Of a stretch of DNA of 64,000 nucleotides, positions 24,946 to 38,147 are shown piece after piece. The notes beneath the pieces are model-generated. The model saw only the letters and a program-made list of their open reading frames with translations, ran no database searches and was not told where the DNA came from. Origin of the DNA: Octopus vulgaris (Eukaryota); the NCBI GenBank assembly GCA_951406725.2, contig OX597821.1, positions 25,172,001 through 25,236,000 of the forward strand, in the 5' to 3' direction. The stretch's first letter is position 1, and every line of letters begins with the position of its first letter. Made by a program: the position numbers and the translations under genes.

Positions 24946-26382
24946 AGTCGCTAGTTATACTAATCTATAGATAAAGGGGTGGTTTCTCAAACTCCATATC
25001 TTAAGGTGCCGTCTTAAGGCATGCGCACACTGGATATTTGCCCAGACGCCTCGTGGTTTCAGGGACCCAAATCTATGTATGCCGAGGCTTGCTGTTAATA
25101 AAACAAATATTGCATGACTCAATATACTGATTCGCCTGGTGTTCTGTAATGCTGCTAAGACGGCCCCGCAGGTACCCGAGGTTAATGATTTGTAGTTTCA
25201 GATCCAACATAACTGGTCAGAAACTGAACTTTCTATCCGGAACAGAAAATACTTCATCCCTTCAACGACTACTGACTCTCTATTAATCTCAGGTAAGACC
25301 CATAATGGAGTACTCCAGCACATATAAATGTATCCTCTATCGCATCTAGAGACCACCCAATTGGTTGGCTTGAAGTTGTTCACTATTGCACTCCAATCTC
25401 TGGATCACAAAAGCACTGCCACCTCTTTTTGTCTTTTCTGCAGCAAGCTCGTACAGTCGCTCATACTTCTCGGCAGCTAGTTACGTGGCGTTTTCCTATG
25501 AAAGGTGTGTGGAACGTGTAGGGCAGACATGGGGAATCTTTTTCTTGCGGTTGGGCTTGTAAGATATAGTTTATCATAAATCAGACTACATCGCTAAAAA
25601 TCACACTGTACGTAGTTACTTTGTGGTGGTGGGTGGTGTCTAAATGAACGAGAGAAAGAAACAAAACTGTCAGCTTATCTTAATAGTTGGAATAATCCTT
25701 TCTACTATAGACACAAGGCCTAAAATATTGGTGGTGAGGGGTGAAGAGGGTTAGTCTGTTACGTCAACTTCGGTAGACTCATTTTACAGACCCCGAAAGG
25801 AGGAAAAGCAAAAACTGAGGTCAGCGGGATTTGAACTAAGAACGTAAAGTAGATAAAATACCGGTAAGCATCTAATCTGGCGTGCTAACGGTTCAACCAG
25901 CTCATCACTTTAACAGTTGAAATAATAAGACAGATTGTTGCAAAAGTTTTAGTAAAAAAAAGTGTTTATGTTTATAATAACATGATATTTCGCGTGCGAT
26001 TTAAAAAAAGCGCATTAATAATAGTATTAATTTCTCCATGACGGCTACGTGTTGCAGATTGCTTAAACCCGTTGCAGAGCGCTCGTTACAATAAGCCCAT
26101 CCACCAACACACCAAGCCAGCAGTCATAAGACATAAATCTTGTGATTTGTGTATATAAAACAGCTGACTTTGTGGCAGAAATTATTGTTTAGCCTAGATT
26201 AGTCTTGACTGGAAAGACCGTTGATCAGAGATTTTCCAAGCGTAGGCATAGCTGTGTGATTAAGAAGATCGCTTTACAACCACGTGCTCTCGGGTTCAAT
26301 CCCACTACGCTGTGCCGTTGACTAGTGTTTTCTACTATATTCCTGGACCGACCAATGCCCCGAATTTGGTAGACGGAAACTG

Positions 26383-26443
<61 letters not shown>

Positions 26444-26444
26444 A

Positions 26445-26635
26445 GGAGAATTCACAAAAAAAGAAGCAAAAGCGAAGACTGGTGGTGTAGACAACAAATA
26501 GATGTATTAGTATAACGCTCGGAAAGTGAAAAGGTCTTTAACGTTTCGAGCCTACACACTTCCACAGAAAGGAACACAGAAAGAAACAAGGAGAGAAAAT
26601 AAAAAAAATGTGCAGTGGAAAGCGATCTATCATGG
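26445..26635 (-). mobile_element. PLE pLTR remnant with degenerate hammerhead (26536-26571)
   Basis: CUUU-CUGUGGA-A-stem II-GAAA-CG-UU^-AAAG; next to (TA)n; similar to 30768-30936. Confidence 0.6.
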
Positions 26636-27074
26636 CGGGGGATAAACAAATTAAACACGTCAAATATATTAAATATATTTAAATACATCAACTACAAAAT
26701 ACATATGTGTATACGTGATCCATCTTTGAACTTCACTGCATTAAGATCTGAAATGTAAGATCTTCTCTTCCTTAATGACGGAGGTTCGATTTGTCCAATG
26801 TTAGGTGCACCCATATGGCCACATATTGTGATGAACAAAATCTACCAATATTATTATAGATTACCGAACCCCAGAAATAGCTGTTGGACTTATAACACCT
26901 ATCTTCTATCCCTTTAATTTTCTCTGTCGTTTGTACTCTGTGTAAGTGGGACCTGTTAATATAAATATCTATATATTTATGCACAAAATTTCATCATCTA
27001 TAATTTTCCACTTTTTGCTTTCTCTTGTTTTGCATATATACTTATATACATATTTCGTATTTGATGTATTTGAT

Positions 27075-27243
27075 CTGGCAGAAACGTTAGCACGCCGGGC
27101 GAAATGTTCTGAGTTCAAATTCCGCCGAGGTCGACTTTGCCTTTCATCCTTTCGGGGTCGATGAATTAAATACCAGTCGCGTACTGGCTAATCAACTGAC
27201 CCCCTCCCCAAAAATTTCGGGCCTTGTGCCTCGAGTAGGAAAG
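27075..27243 (+). mobile_element. SINE family B, monomeric with a small internal deletion
   Basis: Head plus terminal module only. Confidence 0.85.
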
Positions 27244-27509
27244 TATATTTGATATGTCTAATTTTTCTTATCCTCATAATTGCTTCTATACCCGTTCAAC
27301 TTGATTCTTTTTTTACCTTGTGGAATGATTCCCTGTAAAGACATCGGAGTCTCAGTTTGGGTACTATTGTCTTCTATACAGAGAATATCTTGATCTCTGT
27401 CTTGTTTTCCAGTTGTGTCTTTCATTGTTCGAAAAAATAGTTCATATTACTTGTACTCGTTCTTCGTATTATCTTTTGTTTCATGACGTCCTGTACTCGC
27501 ACATGCATG

Positions 27510-27785
<276 letters not shown>

Positions 27786-29014
27786 CATATCTATGTGTGT
27801 TTATGAATGTGTGTGTGTGTGTGTGTGTTTACTTTTCCTTCATCGCTAAGGACCAGTATCGGTTTGTTTACGTTCCAATAACGTAACTATTCGACCAAAG
27901 AGAGACAGACAGAATACGTACCAGATTTTAAAAAGGGAGTTCAGGAGTAGATTTCTTCTACCAGACCTTTTGAGGGGGAAGTGTTCGCTCCAGCACGCCG
28001 GCAGTCCAACGGGTGAAACAAGTAAATGATAAAGGTCAAAGATCCGAGCTTTAGAACTAGAATTTACCTATAGAAACCGTGACAAGAATATTTGAAAATG
28101 AAAAATAAGGATATAATCTTTTCATCATTTAATACTTTCGTTCATCGAAGTGGGTCGACTTCACCTCAGCCTCATCTTTTTCTTTTTTTAATTAGTGTTC
28201 AGTTTATGGACTGCAGCTATGCTGGGTCACCGCCTTGAAGGGTCTAGTCCAGAGATTCTTAACCACTTTTTGCCCTTTGATTCCTATTTTACTCGAGTGG
28301 ACCCCTAGAGCCATTCGATGCTTTAAAAAATCCTATTACATTTTTGTAACTGAATATTATTAAAAACTGTATAAATTCCCAGGATTTCTCGAAGACCTGC
28401 CGTAGACTGAATATGTGATCAGTTGTGCTGCGTTGAGAACTCAATGGAGGAGATACTTGAAGACTCTACTCCCACAACTCTCCCGGGAATAGTGGGCGGA
28501 ACAGATAAGCGAATGTATTCGTTAACAACTTCAGATTCAGAGGCGAGAGGAATTTGCGTTTATCGAACTACAAGAAAGAAGGAAATTATTCGACAATGAG
28601 CGCATTAGCGAACGGAAGTGTGCTATATGAGAGCGGAAGTAGCCAACTAAATTAGTTTCACTTTCTCCGTGTTGATTATTAAGATCCAATGATTATCTAA
28701 AATGCATCCCTTAAGTTGTTATTGTTGTTGTTGTTGTTGATGATGATGATGATGTCGATGACAATGACGTCAGTGATGTTGGTGGTAAAGATTTGTTTAT
28801 CCTCAGGTCAACTTTAATTGTGCAGACCTACGATCAAAGGCAATTTGCAGCAACGACTCAGCCAGTGTTTTTAATCGTATATAGGACAGTATTATCTAGT
28901 GTATATTTTACTTTCTCGTGACGGTAAGCTGTGATTTATTGTTTGTGCTACTATTTATAGCAGGTTGAGCGTTAAAAAAAAATCTGTATCAGTAGCCTGT
29001 CTGGAGGAGTAGGA

Positions 29015-29235
29015 GTTGTTTGTTTAGCCCCAGGCCAACCAATAATCGAGGAAACCTGCGATGGAAAGTATTCCAGCTGCGGCTATTCTGGCACTTATCT
29101 ATACTTTCAAACATTATGCATCTAGGACTAAACTATTCAATAATTTGTTTAAAAAATTGTTTTTAAAGATAGTACTGCGTGATTTGTGGGAGATTTGACT
29201 GCTATTTCTAGCAGAACGAGCGACCTTGTAGCGAC
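29015..29235 (-). mobile_element. Old interspersed repeat with (CAA)n-type tail; other fragments at ~6590, 18830, 28790, 50225/51785 and 52220
   Basis: Recurrent TGTTTAGCCCCAGG..ATCGAG and GAGATTTG.CTGCTATTTCTAGCAG blocks. Confidence 0.55.
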
Positions 29236-29744
29236 TCTGATTAGATATATTTATATTTACACACAATAACAACTGTGACAGTGAATGAAACTGCGATGGC
29301 AACTAATTTGTTATTCATTGTCCTGCATTTACGGTTATCAAATAACTTAGTTTGATAGTTGGTAGTAAATATAGGAAAGGTTAGATAGAGCTAGAGAGAT
29401 GAAGTGAAAGAAAGAAAGAAAGAGTGAGAGAGAGGGAGAGGCAAAGAAAAAAGTCAGTGAGAAAAAGAGAATAAAGAAAGATATTTTATTATTATGACGG
29501 AGAGAGAGAAAAAGAGATTGTGTTTACAGGCTTTTTTTTTAGTGAGAGTCATACATTCACACGTCTACTGGGCTTGTTGATTCTCTTTCCGTCTCCCGCC
29601 TTCGCTCTTCACCCTTCTTTCTCCCTTTCTTTCACTATTCGTTCTCTCTGTTTTTATCTATCTATCTATCTGTCTGTCTAACTGTCTGTCTTCCACGTGT
29701 CTCTTTAACTGTCTCTTCTCATACCCTTTCTCTCTATAAGTTTT

Positions 29745-29806
29745 CCTTGTTTCCTCTTCTCTCTCTCTTTCTTTCCCTATGTCTCATCTTGTCTCCTCTC
29801 TCTCTT

Positions 29807-29839
<33 letters not shown>

Positions 29840-30044
29840 CCCTCTCACGCCCGCTCATTCTCTGTCTGTCTGTCTCTTTGCCTCTTTCTCTCTCTCTCTC
29901 TCACTCGCTCATTCTCTGTCTGTCTGTCTCTTTCCCTCTCTCTCTCTCTCACTCGCCCATTCTCTGTCTGTCTCTGTCTCTGTCTCTCTGTCTCTGTCTC
30001 TCTGTCTCTCTCTCTCTGTCCCTCTCTCTCTCTCTCTCTCTGTC

Positions 30045-30128
<84 letters not shown>
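29745..30128. repeat. Compound (CT)n/(CTGT)n microsatellite with ~54-bp higher-order units
   Basis: CTCAC(G/T)C..C.CATTCTCTGTCTGTC recurs three times before pure (CT)n. Confidence 0.9.
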
Positions 30129-30131
<3 letters not shown>

Positions 30132-30709
30132 CCGCTCTCGGGTGAGTCAATAGTTGAATTCTGAAGCTGACATCACAGATGTACCAGAGAGCCGTGATGT
30201 CTTAACACATGACCTGTACACGTGATCAGATAGGTGTTCTATTTACTCAAATACTTTTGTTTCCTGATTGCTTACCTGCCTCATTGTTAAAAACAGGTAA
30301 ATAACGTGTACAAATAAAACTTGTTTACTTCCTCATCTAATGCAAAAACAAAAAATCCGCTGGAGATCGCCGTCACCAAAGAATGAGGACAGCATGAAAT
30401 TCTGGTAAAAGAAACAACAGCTACCCAACTCGCTCGCGCGTGTGCGCGTATTTTTATCTGTTTTACTTGTTTCAGTCACTAGACTGCGGCCACGCTGGAG
30501 TACCGATTTGAAGAAATTTTAGTCGAATTAATCAAACACCAATACTCATTATTTTTTCAATCCTAATACTTATTTTATCGGTCTCTTATGCCGAACATCT
30601 ATGTTGCGGGGACGTAAACACACCAGCACCGGTTGCCACCTGTTGGTGGAGGACAAACATACACACAATGTCATACATGCACACATACACACAACATGCA
30701 CGCACACAT

Positions 30710-30767
<58 letters not shown>

Positions 30768-30769
<2 letters not shown>

Positions 30770-30932
30770 TCTGTCCTCCCGTCTCGGGATGTTTCTTTCT
30801 CCTATGTTTCCGACGAAGAGCTCCGCTCGAAACGTCAAACCCTCCTTCTTCCCTTCTTTCCTGAGCGTCCAATAATACTTTATTTGTTCCACATCCTTGC
30901 GTTGTTGTTTTTTTGTTTTCTTGTTTGGATTA

Positions 30933-30936
<4 letters not shown>
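30768..30936 (+). mobile_element. PLE pLTR remnant between (TA)n tracts
   Basis: Contains a minimal hammerhead; TA runs on both sides. Confidence 0.7.
30806..30840 (+). ncRNA. Minimal type I hammerhead motif (core U4>C)
   Basis: GUUU-CCGACGA-A-GAGC-UCC-GCUC-GAAA-CG-UC^-AAAC; stems I and II pair perfectly. Confidence 0.7.
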
Positions 30937-31001
<65 letters not shown>

Positions 31002-31005
<4 letters not shown>

Positions 31006-31156
31006 TATATAATTAGGGTTCAGCAACGATTAGCTAATCGTTGCTGAACCCTAATTATATAGTATTACTTAAACTTACCATAAAATGGTCTTTTTTCATG
31101 CCGAATTCTACTTGGTGAAGTTACTAATTACTTCTTAATTTCACCCTTTGTTATTA

Positions 31157-31160
<4 letters not shown>
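31002..31160 (+). mobile_element. 64-bp perfect palindrome plus unique tail, in (TA)n (putative PLE end)
   Basis: 31002-31065 is self-complementary with axis at 31033/31034. Confidence 0.55.
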
Positions 31161-31193
<33 letters not shown>

Positions 31194-31197
<4 letters not shown>

Positions 31198-31449
31198 AAT
31201 GGAGTTGAACGAAGATGTTAACAAAATTCCTTTACTCTCGAGAATAGAGGAATTTTGTTAACATCTTCGTTCAACTCCATTTATTTATTTATTCAAATAT
31301 AACACACAAATTTCTGCACATAAACCCGGAGTTTCTACCTTTGGATAGGTCGCTTCAACTGCGTTTCTGACGTGAATTTGCTACCCTGGTATCGGTTCAT
31401 CGAATTTTCCATGTTGACGGTAAACATAGGATAATTCATTCACCTATCA

Positions 31450-31450
<1 letters not shown>
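31194..31450 (+). mobile_element. 92-bp palindrome (2 mismatches) plus unique tail, in (TA)n (putative PLE end)
   Basis: 31194-31285, axis at 31239/31240 within TCTCGAGA. Confidence 0.55.
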
Positions 31451-31487
<37 letters not shown>

Positions 31488-31657
31488 GCTGTCTTCTTAC
31501 AGTTTCCATCTACCAAATCCACTCACAAGGCTTTGGTTAGCCCAAGGCTATATAGTATAGGAGACTAGAACACTTGCTTAAGATGCCACGCGGTGGGACT
31601 GAACCTGGAACCATGTGGTTGGAAAGTAAACTTCTTACTACACAACCACACCTGCAC

Positions 31658-31733
<76 letters not shown>

Positions 31734-32125
31734 GTGTGCGTATGTAACGATAAGTATTTGAGTCGGATGCGGGCGGGAGTCACCAGTTGTAACGGTCTGT
31801 TATATGTGATGATGTTGATGATGTTGATGAAGAGAAAGAAGAACAGTGGTCGAAATGGATGTTGGCTCCAAATTTTATGTACCGTTACTTAATGTACAGC
31901 CACACATGAGTTAATTTTTCCTTGTATAAGTGTGTACATGTACTTGCCATTCCAGTAGTAGGAAAAAGGTAGATAGAGTGATGTTTGTTTGAAGAGAAAG
32001 ATCAGCTAATGAGAGTGAGAGAGAGCAGAGGTAAGTTGCATCATAGGCGGCTGATTGTTTGGCCGTCAGCCTCCAGTGGCTGTCTGCCTGCGGTCGTCTC
32101 TGGCCATTTCTGGCCATTTCTGGGT

Positions 32126-32542
32126 GGGGATCTTTTCGGTTTGAACGGCTGTTTTTTAAAATAATTTCCACGTAACTAAACACCTTTAAACTTCGTATAC
32201 TGGTAGAATGTGTTGATAAAATATCTTTTTCTCTTGGCTTTATTGAGAAAATTCTATGGTTTGTAAGATATTTGTTGTTGTTTCTTTCTTCAATTTCTGG
32301 AATTTCAACCAATCAATGACGTCTATTGAAGTAAAAAACATTCTGTGCCGTATGAATATGTCCCTCGTTTAAGAAACAGATTTGTGAAGAAAAAAGATAC
32401 TCTTCCCTCCACCCCTAACCCTAACTAACCCTAACCCTAAAACAGATTGAAATGCAAAAGATCGATACTAGGGTCATAATTATGGGTGACAATTTCATAT
32501 GACACCGCTAGAAAAAACTGCCGTTCAAACCGAAAAGTTCCG
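32126..32542. mobile_element. MITE with 9-bp TSD (MULE-like) and internal CCCTAA repeats
   Basis: TIRs GGATCTTTTCGGTTTGAACGGC / GCCGTTCAAACCGAAAAGTTCC; TSD TTTCTGGGT (32117-25 and 32543-51). Confidence 0.85.
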
Positions 32543-32914
32543 TTTCTGGGTATCTCTGGCGTTAGCTTTCCACCAATTTGTTTTTATAAGAATACAGACC
32601 AGCCAGAAAAAGAGATATATCGTTTAAACAATGGATAGATTAATGTAGGTCGCCCCTTATCTATTTCAACTTTTTTTATGGCGTAAAAGAGGTTAAAAGT
32701 TTAAGTGAAAGAGACATAAATTGACTTGGCAAAGTCATGTGTTGAATATATATATATGTATGTATGTATGTATGTATATATTTGGGCATAGAGTAGATTC
32801 GAACATGAATCGGCAAATTTCCTCTGACATTTCAACAGCATTTCTCTCACAGAAAAACGATAGTTGATAGGAATTACATTCAACACATGACGTTTATATA
32901 TATATATATGCTGA

Positions 32915-33235
32915 GCTGCTGAGACCTCCTTCGGACATGACTGACCATGGGATTGCACCTAGGAAGTTACCCTCCCAGGCACAAGTCCGGACAAGGTTGT
33001 TTATGGAAGGCCAGCAGTCACCCATGCATACCAGCCTCCCCTCTCCACGCCACCAGTGTTATCCAAAGGAAAGACAAAGGCCGATACAGCTTGGCACCAG
33101 TGATGTCGCAACTCATTTCTACGGCTGAGCTAACTGGAGCAACGTGAAACACAACACGCAACCCGGTCCGGGATTCGAACTCACAATCTCACGATCGTAA
33201 GCTCGATGCTCTAACCACTGAGCCATGCGCCTTCA
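32915..33235 (-). mobile_element. tRNA-derived CORE-type SINE
   Basis: GGCGCATGGCTCAGTGGTTAGAGC..GAGTTCGAATCCC head followed by a TTGCTCCAG core. Confidence 0.85.
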
Positions 33236-33320
33236 CATACACACACACATCGCACGCACACACACGCGCGCGCACGCGCACACACACACGCACACACGCA
33301 CACATACACACATAAATATA

Positions 33321-35160
33321 TTAGCTGAATGGCCCGGCGTTGCCCGGGCTACTGGTATACTTGTTCAAATTAGTAAACAATAAATATAAAGTTATATTCT
33401 CATAATTATTTCATGCGTAATTTTTTGTTCGTGATGAAATGAATAAATTGTTGCCACTTCCAACTCGCGATCAAGTAACATAGAGTTGGCCGCGGGAGAA
33501 GCATGTAGTAGGGAGATCAAGTGCAACTATCTTGAGGGAATGAGATTTGCAAATTGAAATACAAAAACTTAGTTTGATTGGAAACTGAAGCGTCTTAAAT
33601 TCAAATGGATCATCTGTAGGTATAAGAGGAATTTTTGGAATAAAGACCTTTTCTCTTTTGTTATTACGTGTTATGATTGTTGCCTGTAGGACATGAGGCT
33701 TCATGGAAGTAACAATTAAGCGAGTTCCGTTACATAGGTGAGTTGGGTCAAGATTCCTAAGCAACATTATTGGAGCACCCAGTTTTAGGTGTCAAGTTAT
33801 GCGGTGGCATCCCACTGGGTTTAAATGTGTTCAGAATTTCAATAGAGTATTGAACAACCTGATCTTGATCGACTGATATCAATTGATCGAAAAGTCATTT
33901 CTGACGTATCTGTTAACTTTTAAAGAAGTTCATGATTGAGTTTATCAACCATTTCATTAGTTGGAGCTAGTAAAAGCTCTTTCACATTGCCAGTTTGCAT
34001 CAGCGTAATTGACAGATAAATTAGGAAATACTTTATCCATAAGATCCCTAAGAGAAAGTATCATTTGACCGCATGTAATTTCATGTAGCTGAACTCTTGA
34101 GTTGAATGTTAATATCCCATTACCAGTCTTAAGAAGCTCGTATGATCACCTTGTAGAAGTACTCTGATGTTTCTTGTAAGATGAAGTTTTTTTCCCATGT
34201 CTCCAAAAGTACGATTTTTTAAAGCATGCATTGACCTCATCAGCTTTTGATCCTTTGGAATAACTGGCAACATTTGACCAAAATCTCCTGCAAGAAGAAT
34301 TGTTACTCCTCCCTTGAGCGTGCTATTGTTTTTTTTATGTCTTGGAGGGTACGGTCAAGTACCTCTGGAGCCCCACGATGTGACAGGGCACTCATCCCAA
34401 ACAATGAGACAAGTTTGTTGGAGAACTGTTTCCATTGCAGAGTTCTTGGAAATGTTGCACATTTGAGATTCTTTCATTGCAAGGTTTAGAGGGAGCTTGA
34501 ACAGTTCTTCTCCCATTGAGGAGGGTAGATGCAATACCAGAAGATGCAACACTGGAAGAAGATTAGATTTTATTTCCTCCTATTTAGGATTGCAGGTAAA
34601 AATGACAAAAAGACCTGGTTTTCCACATGTCCTGACATATGTCATAGTATCTTGTGTTTGTTCGTGCATATATCGAAGACCACATGTGAATGATGGTGGG
34701 AGGATCATAAGTTGCCCCATGTTTTGAATATCACCATCCGTCCTCAGAGCATCTTGGAGATGAACATAATTTTTAGCCCTTAACTTTTTTTGATTGTTAT
34801 GAATGTACAGGAGACGCTAACTCTCAGCTTTAGTATACATATCAACCAGGTATTGCTGAAATAGATCACGATACGTGTGTAATTGATTTGATTGTTCTGG
34901 TCTTAACATCAGATGGTAGGAATAGAAGTCATTTGACGACATCTTTTTCTTTGTAATTGGCTCTCCTGTTGCAGGTTCAATCCGAGGAATATTAAAATGG
35001 TACCCATCTTGTCCATTCCATACAATAAGAGGACACTGAAGAGCATCATAAGAAGATGAGTCTCTGAAACACGAATGAGAATATCACAATTTTCATGGGG
35101 ATCATCTACCATAAGGATGGCTACTTCATAAGATGTTGGCTCATTAAAACGGCGTAAAAT
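33321..35160 (-). mobile_element. Degenerate Helitron with Rep and PIF1-helicase remnants
   Basis: 3' hairpin CCCGGGCAACGCCGGG plus CTAA end; MLLRNLD..LCNGTRL..QFPIKLSF..FSRGQLYV (33450-33780); LIVWDEC; FQQYLVDMY and IFTCNPK Rep-region motifs; 5' end not located. Confidence 0.9.
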
Positions 35161-36258
35161 GTCCTTTGCTATAGTTTACTATAGACGTAACGAACGCGGA
35201 AGCAAACACGCTCATAGAATTGATGAATATTGAAAACAACAAACCGCACACACGAAGTTCAAGCGAAACGAAACGTTTTAAATATAGGTGTAAAACATAC
35301 TTTCTGTAGCATAGTTATACAAAAAGAACTTTTTCAGGGAATAGTTTCAAAAGAAATATTCCAGCGTCGGAAAGTCACCAATTTAGCAAAAAATTCTATG
35401 CGTCACCATGTAAAAAAGTACAGAAAGTCGACATTTATTTAGAACATGTACTAAATGTTATAAAATTCAAGAGTGAATGTCACGGTGAAGAAAGTCAAGC
35501 TCCAAGAAAATTCAGAAGGCATAATTCAATTTTTCATACAAAATTTATTATTTTACAATTTTTAAATGAACGTTGAACAAAGTGTAAACAAGGGATATGT
35601 TGCTGTTGTGAACTTTAATTAATTTAAAACATTTGCTGAAGGATGTATGTAACAAGAAATAAATTAATTTGACATCACTTAATATATATTTTAACTGCTG
35701 TAAGGTTATAGGCTGTAGAATAAATACTGACTAACGCAGTAAAAAGGTAAGGCGGCGTTGAAGCAGCATAGCAGAAATACGATAAGAACGCTAGGACTGT
35801 TAAAAAAAGGATTGTCTTCAAACTAGTTATAAGAACTGGAATAACATTTCTGTGATTATTCTGAAAGAGCCGCTAAGGCTTTCTACTTCGCCAAGTTTCC
35901 GAATTTGTTATAATAACCAGAATAAATTTTTTTTCAGATATAATTGCAAGTGTTGTGAATGCTGTCAAATCATCCAAATCTTCATGTTGGTTATAAAAAC
36001 CAGAATAAAATTTCAGCACATAAGTAGTGATAATCGTTAATGCTGTTTTTAAACCGCAACTCTCCACAAGAAAAGGAAAATCTAAACAGTGGTACTTCAA
36101 CGTCCAGGCCGCAACTAAACTAAACCCTTTCAAAATCGGCGCGTTTCACTGTTGGGTGGTACAGACACACACAGACATACATTCACGCACACCTCCAGGC
36201 CTATCTCTGTCCGTTTGTGTGTCTGTATCTGTCTTTAGATGTGTGTGCGTGTATGTAG

Positions 36259-36302
<44 letters not shown>

Positions 36303-36688
36303 TTGTGTGTATGTGTGACAGTCACAAAAATGTTTGTATACTGACAGTCACACACACCCTCACATACACTCACACACATATACTTCTCAGTTATCGGCCT
36401 AACGTACGTAACGAACGCGCAAGCACACACACACTGACAAACACATACACACTCATATAGAAAATGTGACGTCGTCGTGGTCATCATCATCGTGGTCATG
36501 GTGGTCATCGTGGTCATCGTCTTCGTCGTATAAAATGTTGTCTAAAAGATAATAATGTTAAATTTTTATAATGCAAATATGTAAATGAAGATAAAGTTTG
36601 TTTGGTAGCCGAAAGATTACTGAATCTTTTGATACCCCATACGTCAAAATCGGTGACTAAGTTTTCGAATGCATAATGAACATACGCG

Positions 36689-36732
<44 letters not shown>

Positions 36733-36755
36733 AACATACACACACACAAACTCTG

Positions 36756-36807
<52 letters not shown>

Positions 36808-37125
36808 TTCTTTTACTTTTTTCAGTCATTTAACTGCGGCCATGCTGGAGTATATATATACATATATATTGCTAGAGAGACCATAGGCTAATGGCTTTTG
36901 GGTCTTAAGAAAAGCTGTAAAGCTAGCCGTTTTATGGATGTGAAACTCTGGGTAGCCACAGAAACTGGCCACATTTATCGATCTATCGATCGATCGATAC
37001 ACACACACACACACACACATACACATGCATGCTTATATACATACATACATATATACGTACGTACGTACATACATACATACATACATACATACATACATAC
37101 ATACATACATACATACATACATACA

Positions 37126-37520
37126 CTAGCAGTATCGCCCGGCGTTGCTCGGGTTTGTAAGGGAAATAACTATATAAGCCTTTTTAGAGAGTTATAGCCA
37201 AAAAATAGCAAAAAAATGCATTAAAAATTGAAAAAAAATCAAGGTAAATTTTTTTTAAATCGTTGACACATCGTAGATATTTTTAGAGAGTTACTTCCCT
37301 TATATAAAAGCGGAAAAAATGCATTAAAATGGAAAAATATGATGGTAAATTTTTTTTAAATCGTAGACTCATCGTAGACGCGCGCTAATACCCAGAAGGG
37401 CTCGATATGAATCACGACTATAAGATACCCGCTTTTGGTTAAACTGCACCGCAAAATGTGGGAGTAGTTACGAATCTAAATCGTAGGAGACAGACACACA
37501 ACTTCACTCTTATATAAAGA
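37126..37520 (-). mobile_element. Non-autonomous Helitron (same family as 16749-17420)
   Basis: TC...CTAG ends, A|T site, same 3' hairpin. Confidence 0.9.
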
Positions 37521-37524
37521 TGGG

Positions 37525-37854
37525 GTTTTTTTTCAGTCATAGAGTTAGATTTATGAAGGTCTTCAGTAGAAAATCCTTCGAATTCTGACTCGCTGCTTGA
37601 TATAATGAAATTCGTATCCATTTTTTGTCAGAATTACAAATTTTGAAAACACAATAGGAACAAATTTCGGAAAAAAATCTTTAAAAAAATTTTAATTCAC
37701 GGAATTAAAATTACACTTCGATTTTTGTACAAAACTGTATTTGAAGTGTTTACGAAGTATAATACGGGTTTTCACGAATGTACTAAAGAGATTTACTCTG
37801 ATATTCTCATTTAAATATGAATAGGTAAATTCGGGCGGTTTGGTAACGAAAGGG
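37525..37854 (-). mobile_element. piggyBac-like end fragment
   Basis: Ends GGTAACGAAAGGG|TTAA; acidic SSSESEFEGFS peptide nearby; partner end not found. Confidence 0.5.
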
Positions 37855-37871
37855 TTAAACGGATGCATACA

Positions 37872-38090
37872 TCTCTTATTATAAAAGGCAGATTTTATCT
37901 GCCTCCCTTTGTCTCTTATAGAAATCTACAATATAGGATTTCTTCAATTACAATTTACCTAGCATTTTTAAGAGTAGAATAAATCGGGTCGTGCCAGGTC
38001 CGGTTTTTAAAATTTCAACCCCAATTAAGCAAAATTTAGAGAAAACTCACATTGTGGTGTGTAAGTGAAGTGCTTTTCTTAGTGTGGACT

Positions 38091-38147
<57 letters not shown>

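Larger units (their letters stand above)
30458..31657 (-). mobile_element. SINE family A split by three PLE remnants in its internal (TA)n
   Basis: 3' half at 30458-~30700 and 5' half at ~31487-31657. Confidence 0.8.

Noticed and set aside
33155-33235. tRNA gene candidates (also 43151-43225 and the SINE A/B heads)
   Set aside because: A and B boxes are present, but no complete acceptor stem or terminator is seen and they continue into SINE bodies
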